From: Christensenellaceae bacterium
GTDB lineage: Bacteria; Bacillota; Clostridia; Christensenellales; UBA1750
Assembly (NCBI GenBank): GCA_031280685.1
Contig: JAITGM010000020.1
Location: 21,755-85,754, forward strand
Reading direction: 5' to 3'
Length of the DNA stretch: 64,000 nucleotides
The notes beneath the pieces are model-generated. The model was not told the DNA's origin, ran no database searches, and worked only from the letters and a program-made list of their open reading frames with translations. Shown here piece after piece: positions 47,210-55,899 of the stretch. A program made the position numbers and the translations under genes. The first letter of the stretch is position 1. Each line of letters begins with the position of its first letter.

Positions 47210-48013
47210 ATGCGCATGCGTCAAGCGCTGCTTTGGGCCGCCGGGGGAACGGGATTTATCTTTTTGATGACCTCCCTTGGTTCAGGCATGGTCTTTTTAT
47301 TCAAGGGCGCGAAATCTAGCCGGATGCAAAGGGTCTTTTTGGGGTTCGCCGCGGGCGTGATGATTGCGGCCTCAATTTGGAGCCTGCTCCTTCCCGCCAT
47401 CGAGGAAGCGGAGGCGGCGGGCATGCCGGGCTGGATTCCGGCCGCCGGCGGGTTCGTGCTGGGCGCGGTCTTCCTCTTTGGGCTCGACCGGCTCATCCCG
47501 CATCTACATGCGGTTTCAAATACCTTCGAGGGCCCAAGTTCGCGCCAGAAGCGCACCACGCTGCTGATCTCCGCGCTGACGCTGCACAACATCCCTGAGG
47601 GCATGGCGGTGGGCCTGGCCTTCGCGCTGGCGGCCCAGCATCAGGGCAGCGCCGCTCTCTATGCTTCGGCCGTGGCGCTCGCGCTGGGCATCGGCATCCA
47701 AAACTTCCCCGAGGGCGCCGCGGTTTCCCTGCCCCTTCGCCAGGAGGGGATGCCCCTTGGCAAAGCCTTTTTGATGGGTATCGTTTCCGGCGCCGTGGAG
47801 CCGGTCTTTGGGATGCTCACGGTGCTGAGCGTTTCTCTCGTTGGGCAGTTCATGCCCTGGCTCCTCTCGTTCGCCGCGGGCGCGATGATGTATGTGGTGG
47901 TCGAGGAGCTGATCCCTGAGGCGCGCGGCAGTGAGCACGGGGATGTGCTCGGCACCGCCGGGGTGATGGGGGGCTTCCTCATCATGATGATTTTGGATGT
48001 GGCGCTAGGCTAA
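47210..48013 (+). CDS. ZIP-family divalent metal transporter (ZupT-like)
   Basis: ATG 47210 follows AAAGGGGGA. Motifs LHNIPEGMAVG and IQNFPEGAAVS. ~8 TM segments. Confidence 0.85.
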   Translation: MRMRQALLWAAGGTGFIFLMTSLGSGMVFLFKGAKSSRMQRVFLGFAAGVMIAASIWSLLLPAIEEAEAAGMPGWIPAAGGFVLGAVFLFGLDRLIPHLHAVSNTFEGPSSRQKRTTLLISALTLHNIPEGMAVGLAFALAAQHQGSAALYASAVALALGIGIQNFPEGAAVSLPLRQEGMPLGKAFLMGIVSGAVEPVFGMLTVLSVSLVGQFMPWLLSFAAGAMMYVVVEELIPEARGSEHGDVLGTAGVMGGFLIMMILDVALG

Positions 48014-48023
48014 GCATTGCCCC

Positions 48024-48075
48024 AAAAAAAGCGGGCGGACGCCTTCCATTTTGAAGGCGTCCGCCCGCTTTTTTT
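48024..48075. terminator. Bidirectional rho-independent terminator between convergent genes
   Basis: A7, 16-bp stem GCGGGCGGACGCCTTC / GAAGGCGTCCGCCCGC, then T7. Confidence 0.9.
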
Positions 48076-48080
48076 GGGGC

Positions 48081-48290
48081 CTAGGGCAGCGCTTCATAAC
48101 CGGTGGCCGCGATGGCCTCCCGCAGGGCGTCTAAATTCGTCGCTTCCGAGTCAAAATCGACCTTAGCGCGCTTAAACAGCAGGCTGACCGAGGCCCTCTT
48201 TACGCCGGGCACACCCAGAATCGCCAGTTTAACGGTGGATTTGCAGTGCTCGCACATCATGCCGCCCACCTTGATGGTCACCCTTTCCAT
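48081..48290 (-). CDS. Heavy-metal-associated (HMA) domain metallochaperone, CopZ-like
   Basis: The start is taken at MERVTIKVGGMMCEHC (ATG at 48290 after AAAGGAGGAG). GMxCxxC motif and a ~69-aa ferredoxin-like fold. Confidence 0.8.
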   Translation of the reverse strand: MERVTIKVGGMMCEHCKSTVKLAILGVPGVKRASVSLLFKRAKVDFDSEATNLDALREAIAATGYEALP

Positions 48291-48385
48291 GGTCGCTCCT
48301 CCTTTTAACCAGCTTTCTTCCATATTCCATAGCATAGCGTGGTTTCGGCTCCTTCGCAAGCGCCCGCCGCGGCGGAAAGCTCGGG

Positions 48386-48415
48386 TTTACATCCCGGCGC
48401 ATAGTATGGTATACT
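48386..48415 (+). promoter_or_regulatory. Putative sigma-A promoter for mrnC operon
   Basis: TTTACA (48386-48391), 18-nt spacer, TGg-TATACT extended -10 (48407-48415). Confidence 0.45.
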
Positions 48416-48452
48416 CCCTTTTAGATTCAAATCGCTTTCCGGGGGTTATTCT

Positions 48453-48884
48453 TTGCATACTTTCAGCCTGTTTCCGGGCCCTTTGAGCAAGAAGGAAGCC
48501 CTGCAATACAACGCCTTGCAGCTTGCCTATGTGGGCGACACGGTATACGATCTCTTCGTGCGCGGCGCCCTCGTTCGGGGCGGGAAAAAGAATGTGAACC
48601 AGCTCCATAAGGAGGCCAGCGCAATCGTCAACTGCGCGGCGCAGTCCCGTGCGTTGCAGGCAATCGACGGCCTGCTCAGCCAAGACGAGAAGGATTTGGT
48701 GCGCAGGGGGCGCAATGCGCACTCCAGGCCGCCAAAGAATGCTGACCCTGCCGATTACGCGCGGGCGACGGGGCTTGAGGCCCTGATCGGCTGCCTGTAT
48801 TTGAGCGGCGAGGGTGAAAGGCTTAATGAAATCATGCGCCTGATCTTGGAAGGGGGGCCGAGCAATGCCCAGGGCTCGCTTTAA
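48453..48884 (+). CDS. mrnC: Mini-ribonuclease III
   Basis: LQLAYVGDTVYDLFVR catalytic motif. ~143 aa. TTG start. Confidence 0.88.
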   Translation: MHTFSLFPGPLSKKEALQYNALQLAYVGDTVYDLFVRGALVRGGKKNVNQLHKEASAIVNCAAQSRALQAIDGLLSQDEKDLVRRGRNAHSRPPKNADPADYARATGLEALIGCLYLSGEGERLNEIMRLILEGGPSNAQGSL

Positions 48885-49602
48885 GCTGGAATTGATCGCC
48901 CATACGCCGGAGCCCGAAAAGTGGATCGCCCTTGCGGCGCGCACCTGCTATTCCGCGGCCGACATCGCGGGCCTGCGCCGCGCATCAGAGAAAAACGACA
49001 ATGCGGCCTATATCCGGGGCATCATGGCCAGCGGTCACCAGTCGGTGATCGAGCACGCGAGCTTTAGTTTTGCCGTCGAGGGCGTGTCGCGCGCCCTGCT
49101 CGCGCAGATCACCCGCCACCGCGTGGCGAGCTTCAGCGTGCAGTCCCAGCGCTATGTGGATTTTTCGCAAAAGGGCTTTGATTATGTTCTGCCGCCCCGA
49201 ATTGAGGCCCTGGGCTCAGAAGCCATCGGGCGCTTCGGCGCCCAAATGCAAAAAATGCAGGAATGGTATGGCGAATGGGCCGCTTTGTTGGGCGAAAACA
49301 GCGCCGAGGATGCGCGCTTTGTGTTGCCTCAGGCCGCGGCCACCAGAATCACCATGACGATGAACGCAAGGGAGCTTTTGCACTTCTTTTCCCTGCGCTG
49401 CTGCTTCAGGGCGCAGTGGGAGATCAACGCGCTTGCCTGGGCGATGCTCGATTTGGTCGCCCCCTTGGCGCCCACGGTCTTTGAAAACGCGGGCCCGGGC
49501 TGCCTGCGCGGCCCTTGCCCAGAGGGCGCTAGATCCTGCGGCAGAGCAGAAGAAGTCCGCGAAAAGGCGGCAAAAAGGAGGGGTTTCGATGCGGCGAAAT
49601 GA
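48865..49602 (+). CDS. thyX: FAD-dependent thymidylate synthase ThyX
   Basis: ThyX signature RHRVASFSVQSQRY. Confidence 0.93.
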   Translation: MPRARFKLELIAHTPEPEKWIALAARTCYSAADIAGLRRASEKNDNAAYIRGIMASGHQSVIEHASFSFAVEGVSRALLAQITRHRVASFSVQSQRYVDFSQKGFDYVLPPRIEALGSEAIGRFGAQMQKMQEWYGEWAALLGENSAEDARFVLPQAAATRITMTMNARELLHFFSLRCCFRAQWEINALAWAMLDLVAPLAPTVFENAGPGCLRGPCPEGARSCGRAEEVREKAAKRRGFDAAK

Positions 49603-50470
49603 CGGCGACCGCCCAAGGCAGGGCGGCAGACCCAGGCCAGAGGCCAACCGGCTCCAACGCGCGCCGGTGGGGCGGCAGCGCCCGCAAGAAGGCCTCCGCC
49701 CCGCTCACCCCACGCATTCCGTTGAGGCGGCGCCCGCGGAGCCGCCCGAAAATATGCTGATCGGCCGCAACCCGATTAGGGAGGCGCTCAAGGCAGGCAG
49801 CCAGATCGACAAGATCTTCGTGGCCAAGGGCGACCTTTCGGGCTCGATGCGTGAGCTGTTGAGCCTCGCGCGCGAACGGCGCATTCCGGTTTCGGAGGTT
49901 GACCGCCGCAGGCTCGACGAAATCGCGCTAGGGCACCAGGGCATCGCGGCCCAAGTGCCGATGTTTCCCTATGCTGAACTGAATGATCTTTTCGCCCTGG
50001 CCACGAAAAGGGGCGAATCTCCCTTTTTCGTGGCGCTCGACGGCATTACCGACCCGCACAACCTCGGCGCCATCATCCGCTCCTGCGAGTGCATGGGCGC
50101 GCATGGCGTGATCTTGCCCGAAAGGCGCTCGGTGGGCCTGACGCCCGCAGCGGTAAAGGCTTCGGCAGGCGCCGCGGAGTGGCTCAAGGTGGCCAAGGTC
50201 AAAAACCTCGCCCGCGCGATAGAAGAGATCAAGCAAAAGGGCGTATTCGTCTACGCGGCCGATGTTCAGGGCGAACCCATCGAGCAGGCCAAGCTTTCGG
50301 GTGCGATCTGCCTGGTGGTCGGCGCGGAGGGCGAGGGGCTTTCCAGGCTCGTGAAGGAGCGCTGCGACGGCGCTTTGAGCATCCCCTTGCGCGGCCGGCT
50401 TTCGTCGCTCAACGCCTCGGTCGCGGCCGGCATTTTGCTGTATGAGGCGGCAAAAAAGCGGTGCTCCTAA
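49589..50470 (+). CDS. rlmB: 23S rRNA 2'-O-methyltransferase RlmB (SpoU/TrmH family)
   Basis: ATG 49589 follows AAAGGAGGGG. Basic N-terminal tail, then DGITDPHNLGAIIRS, LVVGAEGEGLS and LSSLNASVAAGILLYE. Confidence 0.88.
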   Translation: MRRNDGDRPRQGGRPRPEANRLQRAPVGRQRPQEGLRPAHPTHSVEAAPAEPPENMLIGRNPIREALKAGSQIDKIFVAKGDLSGSMRELLSLARERRIPVSEVDRRRLDEIALGHQGIAAQVPMFPYAELNDLFALATKRGESPFFVALDGITDPHNLGAIIRSCECMGAHGVILPERRSVGLTPAAVKASAGAAEWLKVAKVKNLARAIEEIKQKGVFVYAADVQGEPIEQAKLSGAICLVVGAEGEGLSRLVKERCDGALSIPLRGRLSSLNASVAAGILLYEAAKKRCS

Positions 50471-50976
50471 TCGTTGATGGCTACAACATCATAGGCGCCT
50501 GGCCGGAGTTCGCCAAAACGGTGGATCTCGCCCAGTCCAGGGATCGGCTCATCCACATGCTGGCCGATTATGCAGGCTTTTCGGGTGCTGAGGTCATCCT
50601 GGTCTTTGATGGCTATGGCAGCGATAAAAAGTTCGTGACGCTCGAAGAGCAGTTCGGCATCCGCGTGGTCTACACCAAGCAGCACGAAACTGCGGATCAC
50701 TACATCGAGCGCACCGTGGACCGCTTCCTCGAAGGCCTTCCAAAGTTCGCCAGGGGCGATGTGCGCGTGGCCACGAACGATGCGCTGGAACAGTCCGTTG
50801 TGCTCTCTCGCGGGGCCACCCGCCTGCCTGCGGCGGAGCTTCGCCGCGAGGTGCTTGCCATGCGGGGCGCGGGGCGCGAGCGGCATGGCGGCGGCACGCA
50901 CAGGCCCATGACCTTTGAAGACAGGCTCACCGATGCGCAAAAAGAGCGTTTAGAAAGGATGCGGCGCGGCGAATGA
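50461..50976 (+). CDS. yacP: NYN-domain ribonuclease YacP/Rae1 family
   Basis: LLIVDGYNIIGAW... N-terminus. Conserved position between rlmB and sigH. Confidence 0.85.
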   Translation: MLLIVDGYNIIGAWPEFAKTVDLAQSRDRLIHMLADYAGFSGAEVILVFDGYGSDKKFVTLEEQFGIRVVYTKQHETADHYIERTVDRFLEGLPKFARGDVRVATNDALEQSVVLSRGATRLPAAELRREVLAMRGAGRERHGGGTHRPMTFEDRLTDAQKERLERMRRGE

Positions 50977-51716
50977 CCGAAAAAGACCGTGATTTCGAGA
51001 TCGAAACCGAGGGCCAAGGCCTTTGGGACGAACCCGACGGGCTAGACGAAGCTTCGCCCGCCCAGGCGCCGCGCGCCGAAAGGGAAACGAGGGCGCTGGA
51101 GCCAGCTGGCCGTTTTGCCGGCCAGGCAGATGAAGAGATCGTCGCCATCGCCTGCACGGGCGACAGTGAGGCCCTTGACTTTCTGCTCGAAAAATACAAG
51201 AACTTCGTGCGCTCCAAAGCCCGCAGCTACTTTCTCATCGGAGCAGACCATGAAGACATCGTGCAGGAGGGGATGATCGGCCTCTTTAAGGCGATTCGCG
51301 ACTTTAAGAGCGAAAAGTTGAGTTCCTTCCGCGCCTTTGCGGAGCTTTGCATCACCAGGCAGATCATCACGGCCATCAAGACCGCGACGCGTCAGAAGCA
51401 CATCCCCCTAAATTCTTACATTTCCCTCAACCGACCCATTTACGAGGAGGAATCCGAGCGTACCCTGCTCGACGTCCTCGCCGAGGGACGCGTCATCAGC
51501 CCGGAGGATCTGCTCATCAGCCGCGAGGAGTATTCCAGCATCGAGGGGCGGATCCAGACCGTGCTTTCAGAGCTTGAGCAGAAGGTGCTCACCGCCTATT
51601 TAGACGGCAAAAGCTATCAGGAAATCGCCCGCGACCTTGGCCGCCACGTCAAGTCAATCGATAATGCGCTTCAGCGCATGAAGCGCAAGCTTGAGCGCGC
51701 GCTGGAAACAGACTAA
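50973..51716 (+). CDS. sigH: RNA polymerase sigma factor SigH
   Basis: Long near-identical stretches to my recollection of B. subtilis SigH (YFLIGADHEDIVQEGMIGLFKAIRDF, FAELCITRQIITAIKTATRQKHIPLNSY, HVKSIDNALQRMKRKLE). ATGA overlap with yacP. Confidence 0.95.
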   Translation: MTEKDRDFEIETEGQGLWDEPDGLDEASPAQAPRAERETRALEPAGRFAGQADEEIVAIACTGDSEALDFLLEKYKNFVRSKARSYFLIGADHEDIVQEGMIGLFKAIRDFKSEKLSSFRAFAELCITRQIITAIKTATRQKHIPLNSYISLNRPIYEEESERTLLDVLAEGRVISPEDLLISREEYSSIEGRIQTVLSELEQKVLTAYLDGKSYQEIARDLGRHVKSIDNALQRMKRKLERALETD

Positions 51717-51851
51717 AAAACCTAGGCCGTAAAGGACGCATCATGCCATACCCCCAAGCGATTTTAGTGTTTGAGATCGTGCACGCGTCATCGCCCGCAA
51801 AGGCACCGGCGCAAGCCAGCAGCCTGCCCGTTTTGGGCTGGAGCGCTCCTT

Positions 51852-52072
51852 GATGTGGCCGTTTTCTCCTCGGAGACCGGCCTCGGAATTCACCGCCGGG
51901 TGCTTTTGCGGGCCGGTTGCGAGCCGGAACAGGCCGTGATGATCGGCGACCGTTCAGCAACGATATTTGCCCGGCCAAATGGCAGGGCGTGAAGGCCATT
52001 TGGCCGGGGCGGACTGGCCAGGTTAATTTCAGAGGAATATACGCGGAATATCGCCATCCGATCGCTGTCTGA
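51852..52072 (+). pseudogene. Remnant of a HAD-IA hydrolase (C-terminal half, frameshifted)
   Basis: DVAVFSSETGLG..RRVLLRAGCEPEQAVMIGDR in one frame continues after a frameshift near 51945 as FSNDICPAKWQGVKAIW... (HAD motifs III/IV). No N-terminal DxD half is visible. Confidence 0.45.
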
Positions 52073-52330
52073 GGAGCAGTTGCGGGGGCGAATGCCTCGC
52101 TTAAGGATTGGCATGCCCGCCGGGATCATACTATTTGGGCGATGGCGATGATGGAAATCCCGCAAGCGGCCAGAGTATTGGCTGAATTTGGGCTTGAAAA
52201 ACGCGATAAAGGGAGAGATCCGTCGTTAGAGCACTTCCTTTATCGCGTTAAGCGAGCCCGAAGCAAGCTTATAAAGGAGCTTTTGCATCGCGCAAGCCCT
52301 TAGTCAAACTCCTCTTTTTGCAGAGCAAAA

Positions 52331-53760
52331 GGGCACCTCCGCTCGTGTGGAGGGAGTTTGACCATTATGCCAACGCCGCCCTTTAGAGTGGGAATATCCC
52401 CGCCCGTGGCGGGGAGAGCTCAGCTTTGTTCGTTTTTGCCTTGATTCAGCCAGGAACACCGCCGCTCGTGCGGGGAGAGCTGTCTATCCTGCGTCGCAGA
52501 AGGCGCCCACCAGGAACACCCCCGCTTGTGCGGGGAGAGCCATCTTCTATGCCATCATGAAGAACACCCAGCAGGAACACCCCCGCTTGTGCGGGGAGAG
52601 CGCATCGGCGCTAATAAATCGCTGGAGTACTTCAGGAACACCCCCGCTTGTGCGGGGAGAGCCCCAGGATTTCCGGGGGCACCCCGAAGTGCGCGGGAAC
52701 ACCCCCGCTTGTGCGGGGAGAGCTCGTCCCTCGCGGGCGGTTCGGGCGATCCGCTGGGAACACCCCCGCTTGTGCGGGGAGAGCTTCTTCTACGTTCAGC
52801 CAGGGCCCGTCGTTAAGGGAACACCCCCGCTTGTGCGGGGAGAGCCCTTCTTTAATGTCGTAGCCGTCTCCGCCGACAGGAACACCCCCGCTTGTGCGGG
52901 GAGAGCCGGAGGTACATAGCCGACCCCGACACATTGTGGGGAACACCCCCGCTTGTGCGGGGAGAGCTGCAATGACGGCGGCCTCTGCGTCTGCCAAGCG
53001 GGAACACCCCCGCTTGTGCGGGGAGAGCTGAGACCAGATGCCTTTGAGGCTCTTGGTGCTGGGAACACCCCCGCTTGTGCGGGGAGAGCATCAAGGCGGG
53101 CAAGATGCTTGAGTGCGAACTAGGAACACCCCCGCTTGTGCGGGGAGAGCGGGCTACCCGCAACAGCCTGCCGCCCCTATTTAGGAACACCCCCGCTTGT
53201 GCGGGGAGAGCAAGACATCTTCGGCATACCGATAACAGTCTGAAGGAACACCCCCGCTTGTGCGGGGAGAGCGAACGCAGTACGTCGCCGTGAGCGGCGG
53301 TGTGAGGAACACCCCCGCTTGTGCGGGGAGAGCAATGCGAAGAGGACAGGCTCGAAGATGGTATCGGGAACACCCCCGCTTGTGCGGGGAGAGCGTCACG
53401 CACCTCGTCGTCGGAAAGGTCGTCCAGGGAACACCCCCGCTTGTGCGGGGAGAGCATGCAGAGGGCGTTAGGTCTGACCGCGCCCACGGGAACACCCCCG
53501 CTTGTGCGAGGAGAGCGTCTTTGAGCCAGTAGGTCGCGGGGTTGCGTGAGGAACACCCCCGCTTGTGCGGGGAGAGCAGGGTATACTGTCGATCAACCCT
53601 TGCACGATCGGGAACACCCCCGCTTGTGCGGGGAGAGCACCGTGAACAATACCGCCGTGCGCACGATGACAGGAACACCCCCGCTTGTGCGGGGAGAGCG
53701 TGTCCATGTTCTTTCCGTGCTTCGGGAACCAGGGAACACCCCCGCTTGTGCGGGGAGAGC
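52331..53760 (-). CRISPR. CRISPR array, type I-E-like repeats; 24 repeats, 23 spacers
   Basis: The 28-nt repeat GGAACACCCCCGCTTGTGCGGGGAGAGC (+ strand) recurs at an exact 61-nt period from 52513 to 53733 (21 units, one carrying a G-to-A change at 53509). Three degenerate units sit at 52453, 52391 and 52331. Spacers are 32-33 nt. The minus-strand form GCTCTCCCCGCACAAGCGGGGGTGTTCC has the CCCCGC-N4-GCGGGG hairpin. Confidence 0.97.
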
Positions 53761-53870
53761 ACTAAAAAAATGCTTAGAAATCACATTTCATGAGGCATCA
53801 AGCGAGCGAACTTCTTCTTTTTTTGATTAAAGGCGCTACGGAAATAGTTCTGTGGGCCACCCTGCCATTG
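53761..53870 (-). promoter_or_regulatory. Probable CRISPR leader
   Basis: An AT-rich stretch (ACTAAAAAAATGCTTAGAAATCACATTTCATGA...TTCTTTTTTTGATTAAA) abuts the end of the array that carries perfect repeats. The opposite end carries the decayed repeats. Confidence 0.55.
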
Positions 53871-53973
53871 CATTCACCTTTCTGGCCAAGGGGTTTCCTC
53901 AATCTTGTGCGGCTCGCCGAATTCATGGCCTATGCCCGGTTTCTTCTTGCCCCGTACCGGCCCCGTATCGTAT

Positions 53974-54010
53974 AAAAAGCAGCCCCCGACCGTTTGCCGG
54001 CCGGGGGCTG
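53974..54010 (-). terminator. Rho-independent terminator after the hypothetical membrane protein gene
   Basis: Stem CAGCCCCCG (53980-53988) / CGGGGGCTG (54002-54010). A T-run follows on the minus strand (AAAAA 53974-53978 on +). Confidence 0.75.
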
Positions 54011-54028
54011 TTCGTCTTTGCTAACCGC

Positions 54029-54823
54029 TCAGGTCGTGGCCGGCGTGGCGCTCGGGGATTCGCCCGGCGACTCGCTTTCGTCTGGATTCGGGGTTTCGGC
54101 CGGGGTTTCACTGGGTTCGGGCGAAGGGCTGGGTTCCGGCGTGGCCACCGGAACGAAGCTTAGGTGCCGGTTGAGCAGCGCCGCGATGGAATCGTCGGAT
54201 GCGATGTATTTTTTGCCCGTCGTGATGGATTCAAAGCTGACATTGGGACTCACGACGACTTCGACGCCGCCGTTTGCCGCGGAGGCAGCCTCGCGCAGCT
54301 CGGCGATATGCGCTTCCACACCAGCCTGGGTCGCGGCGATCCCGATCTCACGGGAGCCAACCTTGACCATGACGCCTTGGGTGGCCTCAATAGGCTGCTC
54401 GCTCATGCCAGGCAGGATCTGGGTCACGAAAAAGTAGCCGCCTGCGACCAAGACGAGGGCCAGAACGATCCAAAGCGGGAAGCGGCGCCGCGGCTGCTCA
54501 GGGTAGTCGTATTCCTCGCCCTGATCGTCGTAGGCATATGCTTCAGGGCCGGTGCTTGCGGCGGGCGGGGCGGGATTTTCGGGCATCAAGCCCGGGATTT
54601 GATCCCACTTTTCTTCGCTCTGCTCGTCAAGGGCGCTCCAATAGCGGATTTGGTGCCAGTCCAATGTGGCCGTGCGCATATTTAAGGGAGGAAGCAGTTC
54701 TTCCTGCCTGCCCTGTCTTTTCTGCCCGGTGCTTTCCAACGCCTTCTTCGCCTCCGTTTTGAGCGAAATCATGCAAAATGCATTTTCTTCATATAGAATA
54801 ACATTTGACGGGGCAGGACGCAA
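54029..54823 (-). CDS. Hypothetical single-pass membrane protein with P/S/T/E-rich C-terminal tail
   Basis: TM FPLWIVLALVLVAGGYFFVTQIL, a ~100-aa extracytoplasmic domain, then the PEPSPSPEPSETPAETPNPDESESPGESPSATPATT tail. No recognisable family. The start is uncertain (TTG 54823, ATG 54772 or ATG 54679). Confidence 0.5.
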   Translation of the reverse strand: MRPAPSNVILYEENAFCMISLKTEAKKALESTGQKRQGRQEELLPPLNMRTATLDWHQIRYWSALDEQSEEKWDQIPGLMPENPAPPAASTGPEAYAYDDQGEEYDYPEQPRRRFPLWIVLALVLVAGGYFFVTQILPGMSEQPIEATQGVMVKVGSREIGIAATQAGVEAHIAELREAASAANGGVEVVVSPNVSFESITTGKKYIASDDSIAALLNRHLSFVPVATPEPSPSPEPSETPAETPNPDESESPGESPSATPATT

Positions 54824-54887
54824 GCCAAAATAAGTGCTTTTCCGATAAATTCTTTAAGGAGATTCGACAGAAGCTAAAACAGATAAG

Positions 54888-54934
54888 GCAGGGAAGCGCA
54901 ATTCGTCCCATACGGAACGGCCGCGCTTCCCTGC
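54888..54934 (-). terminator. Terminator hairpin after the aldose epimerase gene
   Basis: 12-bp stem GCAGGGAAGCGC / GCGCTTCCCTGC with a 23-nt loop. On the minus strand it is followed by CTTATCTGTTTT. Confidence 0.55.
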
Positions 54935-54957
54935 AAAGGGGATAAAAAGGTGCGGAG

Positions 54958-55899
54958 CTAGAAGATGCGCGCCTGAATCCAGCCGCCGCGCTTTTCGCCT
55001 GGCCCCACGATTTGGATCTGGGAGTTTTCGTTCCCCTGGGCGTAAAGATTGAGGTAATCCGTGGCGTTGGTCTGGTTTTCGAGGCAGAAGCCAGAAATCA
55101 TGCTCGGCGTAAAGACGACCATGTTCACAAACTCATCGCTGGCGCGCAGGCCGAGGTTCATACCCAGCTTCTTATAGCTGATCACGGCCTCCTTTTGGCT
55201 GTTTAAGCCATGGTAAACATGGTCGATGGCAAGCTCGCTCAGGGGCGAAGGCTGGCGCAGATCGAACATGCCCTCTACCGGCAGCAGCTTGCCGGTCGGC
55301 ATTTGCTTTTCGGATTCGTAGATTTCGTCCACGGGGACGGTCAAGGTCACATCCTCGGGGGAGCCGAACTTGTTAAAATAGGGGTGGATGGCGAAGCCGT
55401 AGGGCAGGGCCTCCGCGCCGTCGTTTTTGACCTCGTACTCAAGGCGCAGTCCCTCCGCGCTTAAGGTATAGGTCAGCGTCAGAGTGCAGGGGAAGGGGTA
55501 GCTCGCAAAATACTCCTTGCCGGAGTCGATCGTAAGGATGCCCTTGCACCAAGCCGAGTTCTCGTCCGCGCCGTAGCTGTATTCATAGCTTTCGCCGCCC
55601 ACGATGCCGTGCAAAAAAACCGTTTCGCCACCGACCATGATGGTGCAGTCATGCCCGCCGAAGCTGTAGTTGCAGTCCTTCGTGCGGTTGGGGAAGGGGA
55701 AAAGGATGGGCACGCCGCTGCCCGCGCCGTGGGCGAGCACGTCCCTGGTGGGCATGATGAATTCGCGGCCCTTGAACACGGCCGAAAAGAGCTTAAAACC
55801 ATGCCCAGGGGCGATTTGGAACTGACTGGAGGGACCGAGCAGGCAAATCTCGACGTCATTCCGGCCGACTTTTTGCTCAAAAGCCTGAAAAGCGAACAT
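54958..55899 (-). CDS. Aldose 1-epimerase (galactose mutarotase-like) family protein
   Basis: GVPILFPFPNRT, FLHGIV and FAIHPYFN, typical of the aldose epimerase superfamily. Confidence 0.8.
   Translation of the reverse strand: MFAFQAFEQKVGRNDVEICLLGPSSQFQIAPGHGFKLFSAVFKGREFIMPTRDVLAHGAGSGVPILFPFPNRTKDCNYSFGGHDCTIMVGGETVFLHGIVGGESYEYSYGADENSAWCKGILTIDSGKEYFASYPFPCTLTLTYTLSAEGLRLEYEVKNDGAEALPYGFAIHPYFNKFGSPEDVTLTVPVDEIYESEKQMPTGKLLPVEGMFDLRQPSPLSELAIDHVYHGLNSQKEAVISYKKLGMNLGLRASDEFVNMVVFTPSMISGFCLENQTNATDYLNLYAQGNENSQIQIVGPGEKRGGWIQARIF

Noticed and set aside
52526-53830. About 15 listed ORFs (60-234 aa) with recurring PRLCGES / PACAGRA / SPHKRGCS peptides
   Set aside because: They are translations of the CRISPR repeat in different frames and strands, not genes.
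53761-54028. Possible cas1/cas2 remnants between the CRISPR leader and the next gene
   Set aside because: I translated both strands by eye. Only short basic or odd peptides appear (e.g. MNSASRTRLRKPLGQKGE..., GHEFGEPHKIEE). Nothing resembles Cas1 or Cas2.
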